DNA of 64,000 nt from an uncultured Nitrospiraceae bacterium (GTDB lineage Bacteria > Nitrospirota > Nitrospiria > Nitrospirales > Nitrospiraceae). Under the pieces are notes generated by a model, which saw only the letters and a program-made list of their open reading frames with translations, had not been told where the DNA came from and ran no database searches. The position numbers and the translations under genes were made by a program. Positions 12,126 to 22,696 of this stretch are shown here, one piece after another. The stretch lies in contig CAWJWJ010000002.1 of NCBI GenBank assembly GCA_963846575.1, positions 2,656,001 to 2,720,000 on the forward strand, read 5' to 3'. Numbering within the stretch: the first letter of the stretch is position 1; every line of letters begins with the position of its first letter.

Positions 12126-12550
12126 TCAGCTGACCACTGTGAGCGTGGTTTCATGGCGTCCCGTGGCTCCATTGAGAGCCGGGTCCTGCTCAATCGAGAT
12201 TCATGAGGCGGCGGAAAGCGGAACGTCGAGTGACGTAAGAACCAAACGTCCTCCCCCTCGTCTGTCCTGATCAGAACCCGGCATGTCGGAAGGCGAGAAC
12301 CTGAATCAGGTGCCGCAGGCCTCGCAACATCATCCCGTGGTTTAGCGCATCGACCCGCAACCTGCTCTTGACGACCGCCTCAGTCCAGCCCGTTTGAGCA
12401 TGGTACCCCTTATACTCCCGCTCAACGACCTCGATCTCCGTGAGCCACTGCACGCTCTTCATGCCACAACTACCAGACACGATGACCCATGCCAGGAACC
12501 TGTGCCTAACGGAAGTGTCACCGCTCTTTCATCGTCCGTCTCCCTGGATG
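12126..12550 (-). pseudogene. Relic of a sulfite-oxidase-family molybdopterin oxidoreductase (C-terminal part)
   Basis: Degenerate HRFLAWVIVSGSCGMKSVQWLTEIEVVEREYKGY (cf. HGFPxRxIVPGxxGMKSVxWL) and tail IEQDPALNGATGRHETTLTVVS*, with deletions and frameshifts. Confidence 0.75.
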
Positions 12551-12595
12551 CAGCAGTGGTTGCCCTGCCGGTCCGTCAGTCGGGCGAAGAAATTC

Positions 12596-13654
12596 TTACG
12601 TGTGGTTAGTGGGCGGAGGAATACCGGATTCAGGTTTGACGGGTCCCCAGAAGAGGCGGTGAATCCAGACTTGATAACTAATCACGATGGTGATGCCGAT
12701 CGTAAACCACCAGAACGCGGCCTCGAGCCCATGGGTTCCGGCTGAGGCGTTGCCGGCCGTCAGACTGTACGCCGAATCGGTCGTGGAGATGAGGAGATTG
12801 GGGTACGATCCCCAGGCCACAGAGGCCAGCAGGCCGAGCAAAAATAGACTCGAGGCAGCAAAGGCGGCGACATCCCGATCACGTCGTCTGAAGAGGACCA
12901 GGGCGGCCAAGGCCGTTAACGCCGTCAGCGGGAGGGCATACCCGATGGGATGCGCGTCGTAATTGATCCGGTAGGAGGGTTGTATGTAATGGATGGACAG
13001 AAGGACCAGCGGGACGGACGCCGCCGCGGCATACCCGCTCCGCGCGGCCAACGATCGCGCCCGCGCCTGCAGGGCACCCGTGGTTTTCATGGCCAGATAG
13101 TTGGCCCCGTGCGCCGTCAGCATCGCGACGCTCGCGACCGCCAGCAGCACCGTGAACCAGTCGAGAATGCCCGGTTTGGGCCCAGGGGTGAAATCAGTCC
13201 ACAGGGCGACGAAAAAGTATCCGTCCTCGTCCAAGGGCACCCCACGAATCAGGTTGCCCAGCGCCGCACCGAAAACGATCGCCAGCAACGCGCTGGACGC
13301 TGCGAAGGACACATCCCAGAAGTCTCTCCAGAGGGGATGGTCCAGATGGGACCGCAGCTCGAAGGCCAGGCCGCGGCCGATCAGCAGCCAGAGCACAAGG
13401 GTGAGCGCCAGATAAAAGCCGCTGAATCCCGACGCGTAGGCCCTGGGAAAGGCCAGAAAGAGCACGGCGCCGCCGGCGATCAGCCAGACCTCGTTGCCGC
13501 TCCAGACCGGGCCGATCGCCGCCAACGCCATGCGCCGTTCCGCCTCGGTCCGCGCGATGAAGGAGTAGACCATGCCGACGCCGAAATCGTACCCGTCGAG
13601 CACGACATACAGGGCCAGCATCAGGGTGACGGCGCTATACCAGAAGAGTTCCAT
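12596..13654 (-). CDS. cydB: Cytochrome bd ubiquinol oxidase subunit II
   Basis: YVVLDGYDFGVG, GPVWSGNEVWLI, multiple TM helices; adjacent to cydA. Confidence 0.97.
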   Translation of the reverse strand: MELFWYSAVTLMLALYVVLDGYDFGVGMVYSFIARTEAERRMALAAIGPVWSGNEVWLIAGGAVLFLAFPRAYASGFSGFYLALTLVLWLLIGRGLAFELRSHLDHPLWRDFWDVSFAASSALLAIVFGAALGNLIRGVPLDEDGYFFVALWTDFTPGPKPGILDWFTVLLAVASVAMLTAHGANYLAMKTTGALQARARSLAARSGYAAAASVPLVLLSIHYIQPSYRINYDAHPIGYALPLTALTALAALVLFRRRDRDVAAFAASSLFLLGLLASVAWGSYPNLLISTTDSAYSLTAGNASAGTHGLEAAFWWFTIGITIVISYQVWIHRLFWGPVKPESGIPPPTNHT

Positions 13655-13670
13655 CCCGTTCGATCCTTCA

Positions 13671-15032
13671 CTAAGCCGGTTGAGCGGCGCCCTCGCCAGG
13701 CGCGGGACGAGCTTCCGCCGCCGGGCCGTGCCGTAGCGTTTCAGCGAACAGGAAGAGAAAAAGCAGGCCCAAGAACAGATAGAGCCCGAGAAAGCCGATG
13801 AGGGTAAAGAGCGCGTTCCCCGAATGAACCAGGGGCGAGATCCCGTCGGCCGTGTGAAGCAGCCCGTACACCAGCCAGGGCTGACGGCCCAACTCGGCGG
13901 TCATCCAGCCGGCCGTGGTGGCAATATAGGGAAACGGTACGCTGAGCATGATCAGCCACAGCAGCCATTTGGCCTTGAAGAGCCGTCCCCGCCACAAATA
14001 CATCAGCGCGAGCCCCATGACTGCCAGGAGTATCGTCCCGAGGCCGGCCATAATGTGGTACGCGTAATAGAGCAGCGGAATATTGTCCGGCCACTCCCGC
14101 TGAGCGAACACGTTCAGCCCCTTCACGTGGGCATAGAGGTCGTAATACACGAGTAGGCTCAGCGCCGACGGCAGGACGAGCGGGTTGTCGATCGTCATGG
14201 TCTCCATGTTCGGCTGCCCGATCAACAGGATATCGGCTCCCCGCTCGGTGCGGAACAGCCCCTCGAAGGCCGCGCCCTTGATCGGCTGGAACTCGAACAC
14301 CTGCCGCGCGCTCTCATGGCCGGTGGGCGTGATCATCAAGACCGAGGCGATGGCTCCCACCACGACGCCGGTCCGAAGAAAGGTCCTGGCATGGGCGAGG
14401 TGTTGCCCCGACAGGAGATAAAACGCCCCCACCGCCGCCATCACGACCGAGGCGGTCACCACCGCGGCGGTCATGTTGTGGGCAAATTGCCAGAACAGCC
14501 ATGGATTGGTCAGCAGTCCCGTGAGACTCTCGATCAGCAGGCGTCCATCCTCGGCCACGCGATAGGCCACCGGATGCTGCATCCAGGCATTCGTCGCCAG
14601 AATGAAGTAGCCGGACAACCACGAGCCCAGGAAGAGCATGAAGGCCGCCACCCATTGAAGGCGCCGGCTGAACCGCTTCTCACCGAACAGCAGAATGCCG
14701 AGGAAGGAGGATTCGAGAAAAAATGCGAACACGCCCTCCATGGCGAGGGTTTGCCCGAGGATTCCGCCGGCATAGTTGGAGAACTTCGCCCAGTTGGTGC
14801 CGAATTGAAATTCCAACGGGATGCCGGTCACCACTCCGAAGGCGAAGCTCAACGCGAAAATGCCCGTCCAGAATCTCGCGACCCGGTGATAATGGTCATC
14901 CACGCTCCAGAGATCCCTGGTCCTGAAATAGACCAGCAGCAGGGCCAGGCCCATCGTCAGTTGCGGAAACAGGTAGTGGAAGCTGGCTGTGACGGCAAAC
15001 TGCAACCGGTCGTAAAGTATTGCGCTCTCCAT
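13671..15032 (-). CDS. cydA: Cytochrome bd ubiquinol oxidase subunit I
   Basis: RLQFA..FHYLF, GVVTGIPLEFQFGTNW, NAWMQHP, QPIKGAAFEG, ELGRQPW. Confidence 0.97.
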   Translation of the reverse strand: MESAILYDRLQFAVTASFHYLFPQLTMGLALLLVYFRTRDLWSVDDHYHRVARFWTGIFALSFAFGVVTGIPLEFQFGTNWAKFSNYAGGILGQTLAMEGVFAFFLESSFLGILLFGEKRFSRRLQWVAAFMLFLGSWLSGYFILATNAWMQHPVAYRVAEDGRLLIESLTGLLTNPWLFWQFAHNMTAAVVTASVVMAAVGAFYLLSGQHLAHARTFLRTGVVVGAIASVLMITPTGHESARQVFEFQPIKGAAFEGLFRTERGADILLIGQPNMETMTIDNPLVLPSALSLLVYYDLYAHVKGLNVFAQREWPDNIPLLYYAYHIMAGLGTILLAVMGLALMYLWRGRLFKAKWLLWLIMLSVPFPYIATTAGWMTAELGRQPWLVYGLLHTADGISPLVHSGNALFTLIGFLGLYLFLGLLFLFLFAETLRHGPAAEARPAPGEGAAQPA

Positions 15033-15459
15033 GACTCCTCTCGCCCTGACATCTCGGTCCCACAGGGCCCGTGGTCACTCGGTACGTGGTACCCATCATA
15101 GATGGGTTTCATTATACCGGCCAAATCGGAACAAGTGTCATGGATCTTGGGAAATGACCGCCGGATTGCGCTCTCTGTGTCCTGCGTATTTTGTCGTGCC
15201 AGGAACGCCTGCCGCAGACGATCGCGCCGTCCTTGGTTCATCTCCGGCCGAGGCAGGAGCCTCAAGAGATCGCGCATACAGGTCACTGCGTCACAACGAC
15301 TCCCAGAAATCCTGGGCCCGTATGCGCAGCAGCCCAGGCCATAGACCTTGCAACAACCGTAGGGCATTACATCAAGCGATGCATCCGAATGAGATTATCG
15401 TCCGTAGGAGATGGTAAGGTACATGATCAATACAACCGGTTCAAACCAAAGGAGGCCAT

Positions 15460-15822
15460 ATGGAGATGATGAGACGGATAGGAATGGTGGGGTTGGGGAT
15501 TGCGTTTCTGGGAGCGCTTTCCGGAGTCCCCGTCTTCGCCGCGGATAAGGCGAAGGCGCCGATCGCGGACGGTTCGAAGGTCATGATTACGTCTCCGAAG
15601 GATGGGGACAAGGTGAGCAATCCCTTTGACTTGAAATACGAACTGACCAAGGGCTCGCAAGCGGCTCATGCCCACGTGTACCTGGATGATCAGTACCAGA
15701 AAGGCTTCAAGGGAACGTTCAAGGACCTGCCCAAAGGGACGCACAAGATTACCGTGACCGGAGCCACAAAGGATCACGACCTGGTCGACGCCAGCCAGAC
15801 CATTCACGTCGAGGTGCAGTAA
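15460..15822 (+). CDS. Small exported Ig-like protein (DUF4399-like)
   Basis: AAGGAGG RBS, signal peptide ending VFA, VMITSPKDGDKV, HAHVYLD, LPKGTHKITV. Confidence 0.8.
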   Translation: MEMMRRIGMVGLGIAFLGALSGVPVFAADKAKAPIADGSKVMITSPKDGDKVSNPFDLKYELTKGSQAAHAHVYLDDQYQKGFKGTFKDLPKGTHKITVTGATKDHDLVDASQTIHVEVQ

Positions 15823-16203
15823 CCAGCGATCAGCCCGGATTGCGTCGGGGTTTCTTGAACAAGAGACCCCGGCGCGCCGGGTCCAAAAGGCTGCTTCAGA
15901 GCCTTCGCGAAAGACCGGCGGTACGGCGTATCTCTGAGCTTGCATATCTTCAAGCTGAGTGACCACGACTTCGATGGTAAAGTTCCCTCCCCTCCTTCCA
16001 TACTTCGTCAATGGAATGCAATGCTCAGCACCTGTCCCTTGGCTTGACTCTTTTCCTTCCGGAACGTAGCCTTCTCTCACGATCGTTCTGGTCTCGTCTC
16101 TGCCCTTTGGCGCTGCATGAAATGGATGAAGGTGGTGATGCTCTCTATCGTCACTAGGAGTCCAGCCATTCGATCACGGATCCGCTTGATGTCAGGAGCC
16201 CCA

Positions 16204-16938
16204 ATGACACGCGATGACTCATCTATGGGACGTCTCCTTTCCCGCCGTCAAATGGTTTCACTACTCGGCAGCACCGGCGCGCTGTGGCTGATGGGCGGCA
16301 GTCTGTTTTCTCGGCATTCAACTGCGGGCATGCCATTCGCCTCCTGCGTGGTCAGACCGGAGCAAACCGAAGGACCCTATTTCGTCGATGAGCGATTGAA
16401 TCGCTCCGACATCCGGTCAGACCCGGCGAACGGACAAGTCAAACCCGGCACGCCCCTGGCGCTGACGCTACAGATATCACGGGTTGGCTCAGGCAATTGT
16501 CAGCCATTGGCCGCCGCCCTGGTGGACATCTGGCACTGCGATGCGCTGGGGGTCTATTCGGATGTGCAGGATGCCGGCTTCAATACCGTCGGCCAGAAGT
16601 TCTTGCGCGGCTATCAACTGACGGACTCTCAGGGCGAAGCCCGGTTCGTCACCATTTATCCCGGTTGGTATGTGGGCCGGACCGTGCACGTCCACGTGAA
16701 AGTTCGCACTGCATTCGCAGCCGGGCGGAGCTATGAATTTACGTCGCAGCTGTACTTTGACGACGGACTGACAGAGCGCGTGTACGCCGATCAACCCTAT
16801 GCCGCAAAAGGCCGGCGCAAGGCACGGAATCAGGATGATCGCCTCTTCCGGCGCGGCGGAGATCAACTCATGCTCGCGCCCACACCCACGACCGACGGGT
16901 ATGCGGCCACGTTCGGGATCGGCCTGCACATTCCTTGA
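16204..16938 (+). CDS. Intradiol ring-cleavage dioxygenase-like protein with twin-arginine-like leader
   Basis: EQTEGPYF, VDIWHCDALGVYS, FLRGYQLTD, TIYPGWYVGRTVHVH; leader SRRQMV; AGGAG before ATG 16204. Confidence 0.9.
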   Translation: MTRDDSSMGRLLSRRQMVSLLGSTGALWLMGGSLFSRHSTAGMPFASCVVRPEQTEGPYFVDERLNRSDIRSDPANGQVKPGTPLALTLQISRVGSGNCQPLAAALVDIWHCDALGVYSDVQDAGFNTVGQKFLRGYQLTDSQGEARFVTIYPGWYVGRTVHVHVKVRTAFAAGRSYEFTSQLYFDDGLTERVYADQPYAAKGRRKARNQDDRLFRRGGDQLMLAPTPTTDGYAATFGIGLHIP

Positions 16939-17238
16939 TCACCACTCAATAGCCATGCGTTCCCTTCCCGGACAGGGCATACCTGAAACCCCGTATCACA
17001 GTCATCAAGGATCATGATGGTGGCGGCCTTGAATTTGTATAATGGTGTCATGACGCCCCCCCTATCCGTCTGGTTGATCCAAGTATGCCGGTAGACATCG
17101 CCGGGAATCCCAGGGATTCAACCGATAGGGTGCAAATCCGCGTGAGACGCCATCTACCATCGACGATGACAACCTTTTACCCTTCCGCCCGAGGACCCTA
17201 TGGATGAACGCTGTCACCACACGCCTGAGAGATCACCA

Positions 17239-17817
17239 ATGAGAACACTTGCAAATGGCCTGAACGGTTCATGCCTGACGCTGGCGACCGCGGCCCTCTG
17301 CCTACTCCTGTCCGCATGCGCAGGAGTGGACCGGAAAGACACGTTAGCCACCGTGGAGTCGGTGGATCTTGATCGCTATGCCGGCACCTGGTACGAGATC
17401 GCCCGTTTGCCGATGTATTTCCAACGACATTGCCTGCATTCCAAGGCGGTGTACACTACCCGCCCCGATGGCACGATGGGTGTGCACAATGAATGTACGA
17501 CCGATCGAGGAGGAGTTGAACGGGTCGAGGGCGTGGCAACGGTCATCGATGCGACGACGAATGCCCGGCTCACCGTGGTATTCGACAATTTCTTTGCCCG
17601 GCTTTTCGGTTCGTCGAGGGAAGGGAACTATTGGATTCTGGATCTCGACCCCGAGTACCGGACGGCGATGGTGGGGACACCCGACCGTCGCTTTCTCTGG
17701 ATCCTCTCGCGTGCTTCGCAACTCGATGAATCCAGCTATCAACGCCTGGTGGAGAAGGCCCGGCAAATGGGATTCCCCGCGTCGAAACTCATTCGCGACC
17801 GGCGGCCGGCATCATGA
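17239..17817 (+). CDS. blc: Outer-membrane lipocalin (Blc family) lipoprotein (alternative start 17200)
   Basis: Lipobox LSAC, VDLDRYAGTWYEIARLP, YWILDLDPEY, FLWILSR. Confidence 0.93.
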   Translation: MRTLANGLNGSCLTLATAALCLLLSACAGVDRKDTLATVESVDLDRYAGTWYEIARLPMYFQRHCLHSKAVYTTRPDGTMGVHNECTTDRGGVERVEGVATVIDATTNARLTVVFDNFFARLFGSSREGNYWILDLDPEYRTAMVGTPDRRFLWILSRASQLDESSYQRLVEKARQMGFPASKLIRDRRPAS

Positions 17818-18328
17818 TAGGTGGACACTACGATTAGAGCACGGTGCGCCCGGTACTCCTGCCTGCTGAATCAGCTTCGCCAATAGGCCACTCCATCGGG
17901 GCCGATGCCTGGCGCCGATACCCGCCCCGTTGTCCAGGAAAGTATTCATAGAACAACGGGTTGTTGCGCCACGACGGAGCGTCTCGAGGGACGGGACGCC
18001 GCCGGATACCCGCCGCTTCGCTTCGCCATTCCGGACAAAGCTGTGAGTGAGCGTCGACTGATCTCTGCCGTCACCTGCCGGACTATAGAGAAAGCCGCCT
18101 GATCCAGTCGGTTCGGACCCTACCCTGATCGCCGAGATAGTCATGGAATTTCTGAGCACCTCGATCATCAGATGGTTGACCGAAACCAGATCGGTCGGCG
18201 CCAGTTCGGACGATCCCGTTATATGCCTACACCGGAATGGCGCCGGTCGTAGTCCACACGATGCTCACGACCTGTCACAGAGCCCACATAAGAATGCTCC
18301 CCCAACATCATGGCCATGGCAGGCTGGT

Positions 18329-19318
18329 TCAGCCTCCTGTTGCCTCACCTTCTGAGGCGGAACGGACAGCGACGGCTTCGTCGGCAGGCCGCACCAGCGA
18401 TCCGTAGTGGGTGGCATAGACAGCAATAAACACCGCCCCGAACAGAAAAATCTGGCAGGCGTAATAGGCCCACAGCAGTATCAGCACCAGTGCGCCGGCT
18501 CCTCCATATAACGTCACCAGGGCGCTATGCCCCAGATACATCACGATCAGCATGCTGCCGACCATGTATAACACTCCCGTCACTGCGGCTCCGACCCAGA
18601 CGTCGGACCAGGCCACTTTCGCCTGCGGCACCCATTTATAGATGAGGACGAACAGACCGGTCACGATGATGAACGACACGGTGGTGCCGATGACTTCACG
18701 AAGCCATACGGGAGACCCCGAATTCCCTACCACAGACTGCAGTACGATGCTGAGCCACGCGCTGACCGCCAGCGATGCGAGGAGAATGAAGCCTACGCCC
18801 AGCAGCGCAGACACTGACGCGAATCGCTGCCGCATCCGTCCCCACATGCCCCGGGGCCGCTTGGGCCTGACTCCCCAGATACAATCCAAGGCGTCCTGGA
18901 GTTGATCCATGACCTCCGCCATGCCGATGAGGACGAGTCCTAACGCTACGACTTCGCTCAGGAGCGGGGATCCGGCGGATTTCCATTGATCGAGTAGATG
19001 AAACAAACCATTGGCTGCCGGCTCCCCGATGAGATCGGCGATGTGCTCCTGCAGACGTCCCCAATATGCCTCACCGCCCATCCAGGTCGCGGACACCATG
19101 AAGACCAGCACGACAAAGGGCACGATGGTTAATGCCGTATAAAAGGCGAGGGCGGCAGCAAAGCGCGGCCCGGGATCATCGTTCCATTTGTCGATCGTGG
19201 TGATGACGAGGGACTTGACGTGGTGCCAGGGTCGCGCAGACGGTCCCGGTTTATCCGGTGCCTGCGTCATCGCAGGGCAGTTGGCGGCGTGCGAAGCATC
19301 CACCCGGGTTGACTTCAC
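18329..19318 (-). CDS. YihY/virulence factor BrkB family membrane protein
   Basis: AAALAFYT, LIYKWVP, WSDVWVGAAVT, YGGAGALVLILLWAYY. Confidence 0.92.
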   Translation of the reverse strand: MKSTRVDASHAANCPAMTQAPDKPGPSARPWHHVKSLVITTIDKWNDDPGPRFAAALAFYTALTIVPFVVLVFMVSATWMGGEAYWGRLQEHIADLIGEPAANGLFHLLDQWKSAGSPLLSEVVALGLVLIGMAEVMDQLQDALDCIWGVRPKRPRGMWGRMRQRFASVSALLGVGFILLASLAVSAWLSIVLQSVVGNSGSPVWLREVIGTTVSFIIVTGLFVLIYKWVPQAKVAWSDVWVGAAVTGVLYMVGSMLIVMYLGHSALVTLYGGAGALVLILLWAYYACQIFLFGAVFIAVYATHYGSLVRPADEAVAVRSASEGEATGG

Positions 19319-19593
19319 GATTTATCCCCCCACATTGTCGCGCAGAAGGCGCCGTCTCCCGCACGTCTCAGCGGGGCCCATATGCGCAGGAGAGAGCTCA
19401 CCGTCACATGGCCGATTCTGCGGCGGGGAACGTAGATAAGACACGGGCCGCTGCTCCAGCCGGTGCGGGACGCACCAGTCAGGGCGGACTTCACCCCTTC
19501 TCGATTGCTTGCGATTGGCCGTTGGTCGTCCGTTCTTCCGACGGGGTGGTGGGTGCCACCAGGCCAGGTCCGGGCGTGACCGTCTGGGAATAT

Positions 19594-20070
19594 TCACGAC
19601 TCCTTGTGAATCTGCTCACTCAAGTATTTCTCGAGCCCCAGGTCCTTGATCAATTTGAGTTGGGTCTCAATCCATTCGATATGACCATCGGTATCCTTTT
19701 GCATCCCCTCGAGCATGTTCCGGGTCGTGAAATCCCCGACCTTCGCGCAATGCGCGACTCCCTCGGCATAGAGCGTGAGCATGGCATGCTCCGCTTTCAG
19801 GTCAAGCTGCAGTTGCTCGGGAACGGTTTCACCGACCTGCACAGTGCCCATCCGCTGCATGTTCGGCACGCCTTCGAGATACAAGATATGCTCGATGAGT
19901 TCTTCGGCATCCTTCATTTCGTCAAAACTTCGCTTGCACACATGGTGGTGCAACCGCTGATAGCCCCAGTTTTCGCACATCTTCGAATGAACGAAATATT
20001 GATTGATGGCCGTCAGGTTCTCGGTCAACGTCCGGTTCAGCAGGTCGATGATCCCCTCTTTAGCCTTCAT
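19594..20070 (-). CDS. bfr: Bacterioferritin
   Basis: 158 aa; [34 protein letters not shown]. Confidence 0.95.
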   Translation of the reverse strand: MKAKEGIIDLLNRTLTENLTAINQYFVHSKMCENWGYQRLHHHVCKRSFDEMKDAEELIEHILYLEGVPNMQRMGTVQVGETVPEQLQLDLKAEHAMLTLYAEGVAHCAKVGDFTTRNMLEGMQKDTDGHIEWIETQLKLIKDLGLEKYLSEQIHKES

Positions 20071-20417
20071 GAGCCGATTCTCCTTCTCACGCTCGTCCCT
20101 TGTTTGCCACAGTCGCTTTCGCGGTCACCCTTCCCGCCACCTACCCAGTATCTCGCTCAACATCTCCGGTTCCCATCTCTTGTGATCCGGACATGGACAA
20201 GCACGCGCTCCATAAAGCCCCCATCGGCATAGCCCCAATCCGCGTCTACGGGAGAGGAAGAGTACGACGTGGCCCCGAGCGCTAACGGGCGATTCCTCCG
20301 TGCTGATGCCGGGCGCCAACACAACATGTCCGGCGGCTCCCGACGAAGGCTGCCGGGGTCAGGGCCGTCGCTGTCGGACAGGAAGGCCTAGCCGCGTTTT
20401 TGTTATGCGACCGAGCG

Positions 20418-20588
20418 TCATTCGTCCCCACCAAGCACCGTGGTCGCATAATCCAGCACGACGCGGCCTTCTCGACACAAGTCCTGAATTTCCGCGGGTG
20501 GCCGCCTCTCCTCAAGAGCCTGGATGAGAAGGTCCAACTGAACGGCGAGCCGACGGGCCGTAAACTGCAACCCGCGCTTCTCATCCAT
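20418..20588 (-). CDS. Small hypothetical protein, 56 aa (below ORF-track cutoff)
   Basis: GAAGGA RBS; MDEKRGLQFTARRLAVQLDLLIQALEERRPPAEIQDLCREGRVVLDYATTVLGGDE*, helical pattern, co-oriented with neighbours. Confidence 0.5.
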   Translation of the reverse strand: MDEKRGLQFTARRLAVQLDLLIQALEERRPPAEIQDLCREGRVVLDYATTVLGGDE

Positions 20589-20671
20589 GGCGTTCCTTCA
20601 CTAGAGGTCCATCACGCATTGCTTGCCGCGGGACAGGGACAGCATTCCATCAAGGATTTGCTCACCCACCA

Positions 20672-21112
20672 CTACCGGGCATGTTCTCCGCCCACCCAGG
20701 CCGGTGTGCCTTCCCCGTGTCGGAGACGCATCCGTTGCTTTCCGTCGGCGTTGGCGAGTTCGCCTGCGACCAGCATTTTTGTACCGTCCACCACCGCAGG
20801 ACTACAGACGGCGGTCACGAACCGACCCCGGTTCACATCGAACCGATTCCGATATTCCTTCATGTACCAGGCGGGGCCGAGATGTACGCGAACCACGCCG
20901 TGATCGGTCTCCACATCCATTTGCATAAACTCCACGCCGTCTTTCATTTCTACCGTGTGGGTATCGAGGATGGTGCCCTGGACAACCTGGGCACGGTCTT
21001 CCGAATACAGCTTCGCTGAGGCTTCTGCCGGTTCAAACGGTATCGTATCGGCAACGGGCAATGCATAGACACCATTGACCGCTGTGAAGAGTAATAATTC
21101 AGGCAGCATCAT
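20672..21112 (-). CDS. Exported OB-fold-like protein (MamS/MamX-like domain)
   Basis: GAAGGAG RBS; VRVHLGPAWY and C-terminal LRHGEGTPAW pattern. Confidence 0.7.
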   Translation of the reverse strand: MMLPELLLFTAVNGVYALPVADTIPFEPAEASAKLYSEDRAQVVQGTILDTHTVEMKDGVEFMQMDVETDHGVVRVHLGPAWYMKEYRNRFDVNRGRFVTAVCSPAVVDGTKMLVAGELANADGKQRMRLRHGEGTPAWVGGEHAR

Positions 21113-22065
21113 CCGTCTCCTTCGGTTTCAAGTCGTTTCACCCCTTGAGCGTTCACCACCGGGGGGAGCGGCAGTCACTTCGGGATATCCCTGCGAGGGC
21201 TCGATACCACATGAGACCTCATTAGCCGGGCGCTGAAGCACCGTTGCGCCATCGAACCTGCTTCGCTAGTTCGAATTCAACGCAGTGCCACATGGGCAAG
21301 GTAATGCCTTTTAACTCAGAGTAGCGTCCCTAAGGGGGGGATCATACTAGGAGTGTCCCTCGCCCGTGAATCCGTTCGCGGCCACGAGCAACTTTCTGAC
21401 CCAGCACCTGCCCCGTCCGCGACACTTCTACGCGGCGCGACGCAGGTGTCAGATGTTCATTAGATCCATGTCTGCACAGGATACCTCGTCATACGAGGGT
21501 TGTTCTGACAATGCCGTGGGCCCTACGTGAGGCTAATCACGAGCGGATGAACGAGCATCTTCCTGCAACGCTATCGGTCTGTGATGAGAGACACCGTTCG
21601 AGGCTCACCGGGACCGGTAACATCACAACCAAGAGGTGTGGGCAGTCCATCAGGAAGTGCTTGGGCTATGTCCGGGATACGGGACATCCTGAGTTGTCAC
21701 GATACGTCAAAGGCCAGGACGGGAACGTGAGCGGGCAGAGGGAGAGTAACGGTGGGGGAAGGACGGGACCGGGAATGCCCGGCTCACGAGGGTGTTGAAG
21801 CACTACTTCGCGAGGTTTGGCGCAGGAGAAGAATCATCGGATGATCGGACATGGGAGTGAAGCGTGATGGGGGGGGCCGGCTCGCCAATCTCCGCAATGC
21901 TGAACCGTCATTGGCTTCCCCGCATTCGGTCCAGATAATTCGGGCAACCGACAACCCCCTCCATGCGCCAGCTCAAGCAACGATACCGTCCCCTAGGAGG
22001 GCGGATCATATATTTCCCCCAGACCGCGATTTGCACCTGTCATGACTTCGTCATTCCGGTCGGCC

Positions 22066-22320
22066 TTAGCTCATGACGCATTCAGAATCCACTGCCGCGT
22101 CCACCAGGGATTCGAGCGCCCGGGCACCTTTGGCCATCGAGATTCCCTCGTACACGCGCGCTGCTGCCGCCGACCAGGCCGGGTTGAAGGGTTCGCCGCG
22201 AAAGGCAGCCTCGGCTGCCTTCTTCTCGTCATAGGTGAGGCCTCGGGGAGATTCGGCACTTGCGTTCGATGCATCAGCTGCGTTTCCGGTCGGATCAGCG
22301 TTCATCATGTTCCTTGCCAT
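22066..22320 (-). CDS. Small hypothetical protein, 84 aa
   Basis: AAGGAGG before ATG 22320; LTYDEKKAAEAAFRGEPFNPAWS; downstream of a sigma54-type promoter. Confidence 0.75.
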   Translation of the reverse strand: MARNMMNADPTGNAADASNASAESPRGLTYDEKKAAEAAFRGEPFNPAWSAAAARVYEGISMAKGARALESLVDAAVDSECVMS

Positions 22321-22401
22321 GCTGCCTCCTTGAGGATCCGTAAAGGTGTCTGACGTACGATTCCGATAAATCGACTCTCCGCCTGCTTCTATTCTACGTA
22401 G

Positions 22402-22417
22402 AGCAAACTTAATGCCA
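22402..22417 (-). promoter_or_regulatory. sigma54 -24/-12 promoter
   Basis: Minus strand TGGCATTAAGTTTGCT, exact GG-N10-GC spacing, about 80 nt before ATG 22320. Confidence 0.75.
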
Positions 22418-22558
22418 CGATGCCGGTGCTCCAAGCGAAACCCTGTCTCCAATTCTCTTCAGCATTGGCGGGGGCTTGCTGGCCCGTCGAGATTTGGAAT
22501 TATTACAGTCTCACAGCGAGGGAAACGGAAGGAAGAGACTGGGGATTCGGCGGTAAGG

Positions 22559-22599
22559 CTGTGGTCAATTCACACAGCGATCGTGTCAATTGTGACACG
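22559..22599. promoter_or_regulatory. Candidate enhancer-binding-protein sites
   Basis: Palindrome CGTGTCA-ATTG-TGACACG (22582-22599) plus CTGTG-N9-CACAG (22559-22577), about 140-180 nt upstream of the sigma54 promoter. Confidence 0.5.
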
Positions 22600-22696
22600 G
22601 ATAAAAGGATCCAGCACAGTTAGATGAGATGGCAGGGAAGCTTGGGTAGCGTCAGTCTTGACGGAACCGGTTCGGCCGGCAGCACGGCCCACATGG

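Noticed and set aside
12155..12167. TGGCGTCCC as a second tRNA-type att site
   Set aside because: Short match, explained as coding sequence (ATGRH) of the molybdoenzyme relic.
19258..20232. 324-aa plus-strand ORF, and the similar 339-aa ORF at 49568-50587
   Set aside because: They overlap better-supported genes (bfr; the zinc-ribbon and hydrophilic small genes) and have no motifs.
20672..21112. Magnetosome gene cluster
   Set aside because: Only a generic MamS/MamX-like OB-fold resemblance; no CxxCH motifs and no other mam genes.
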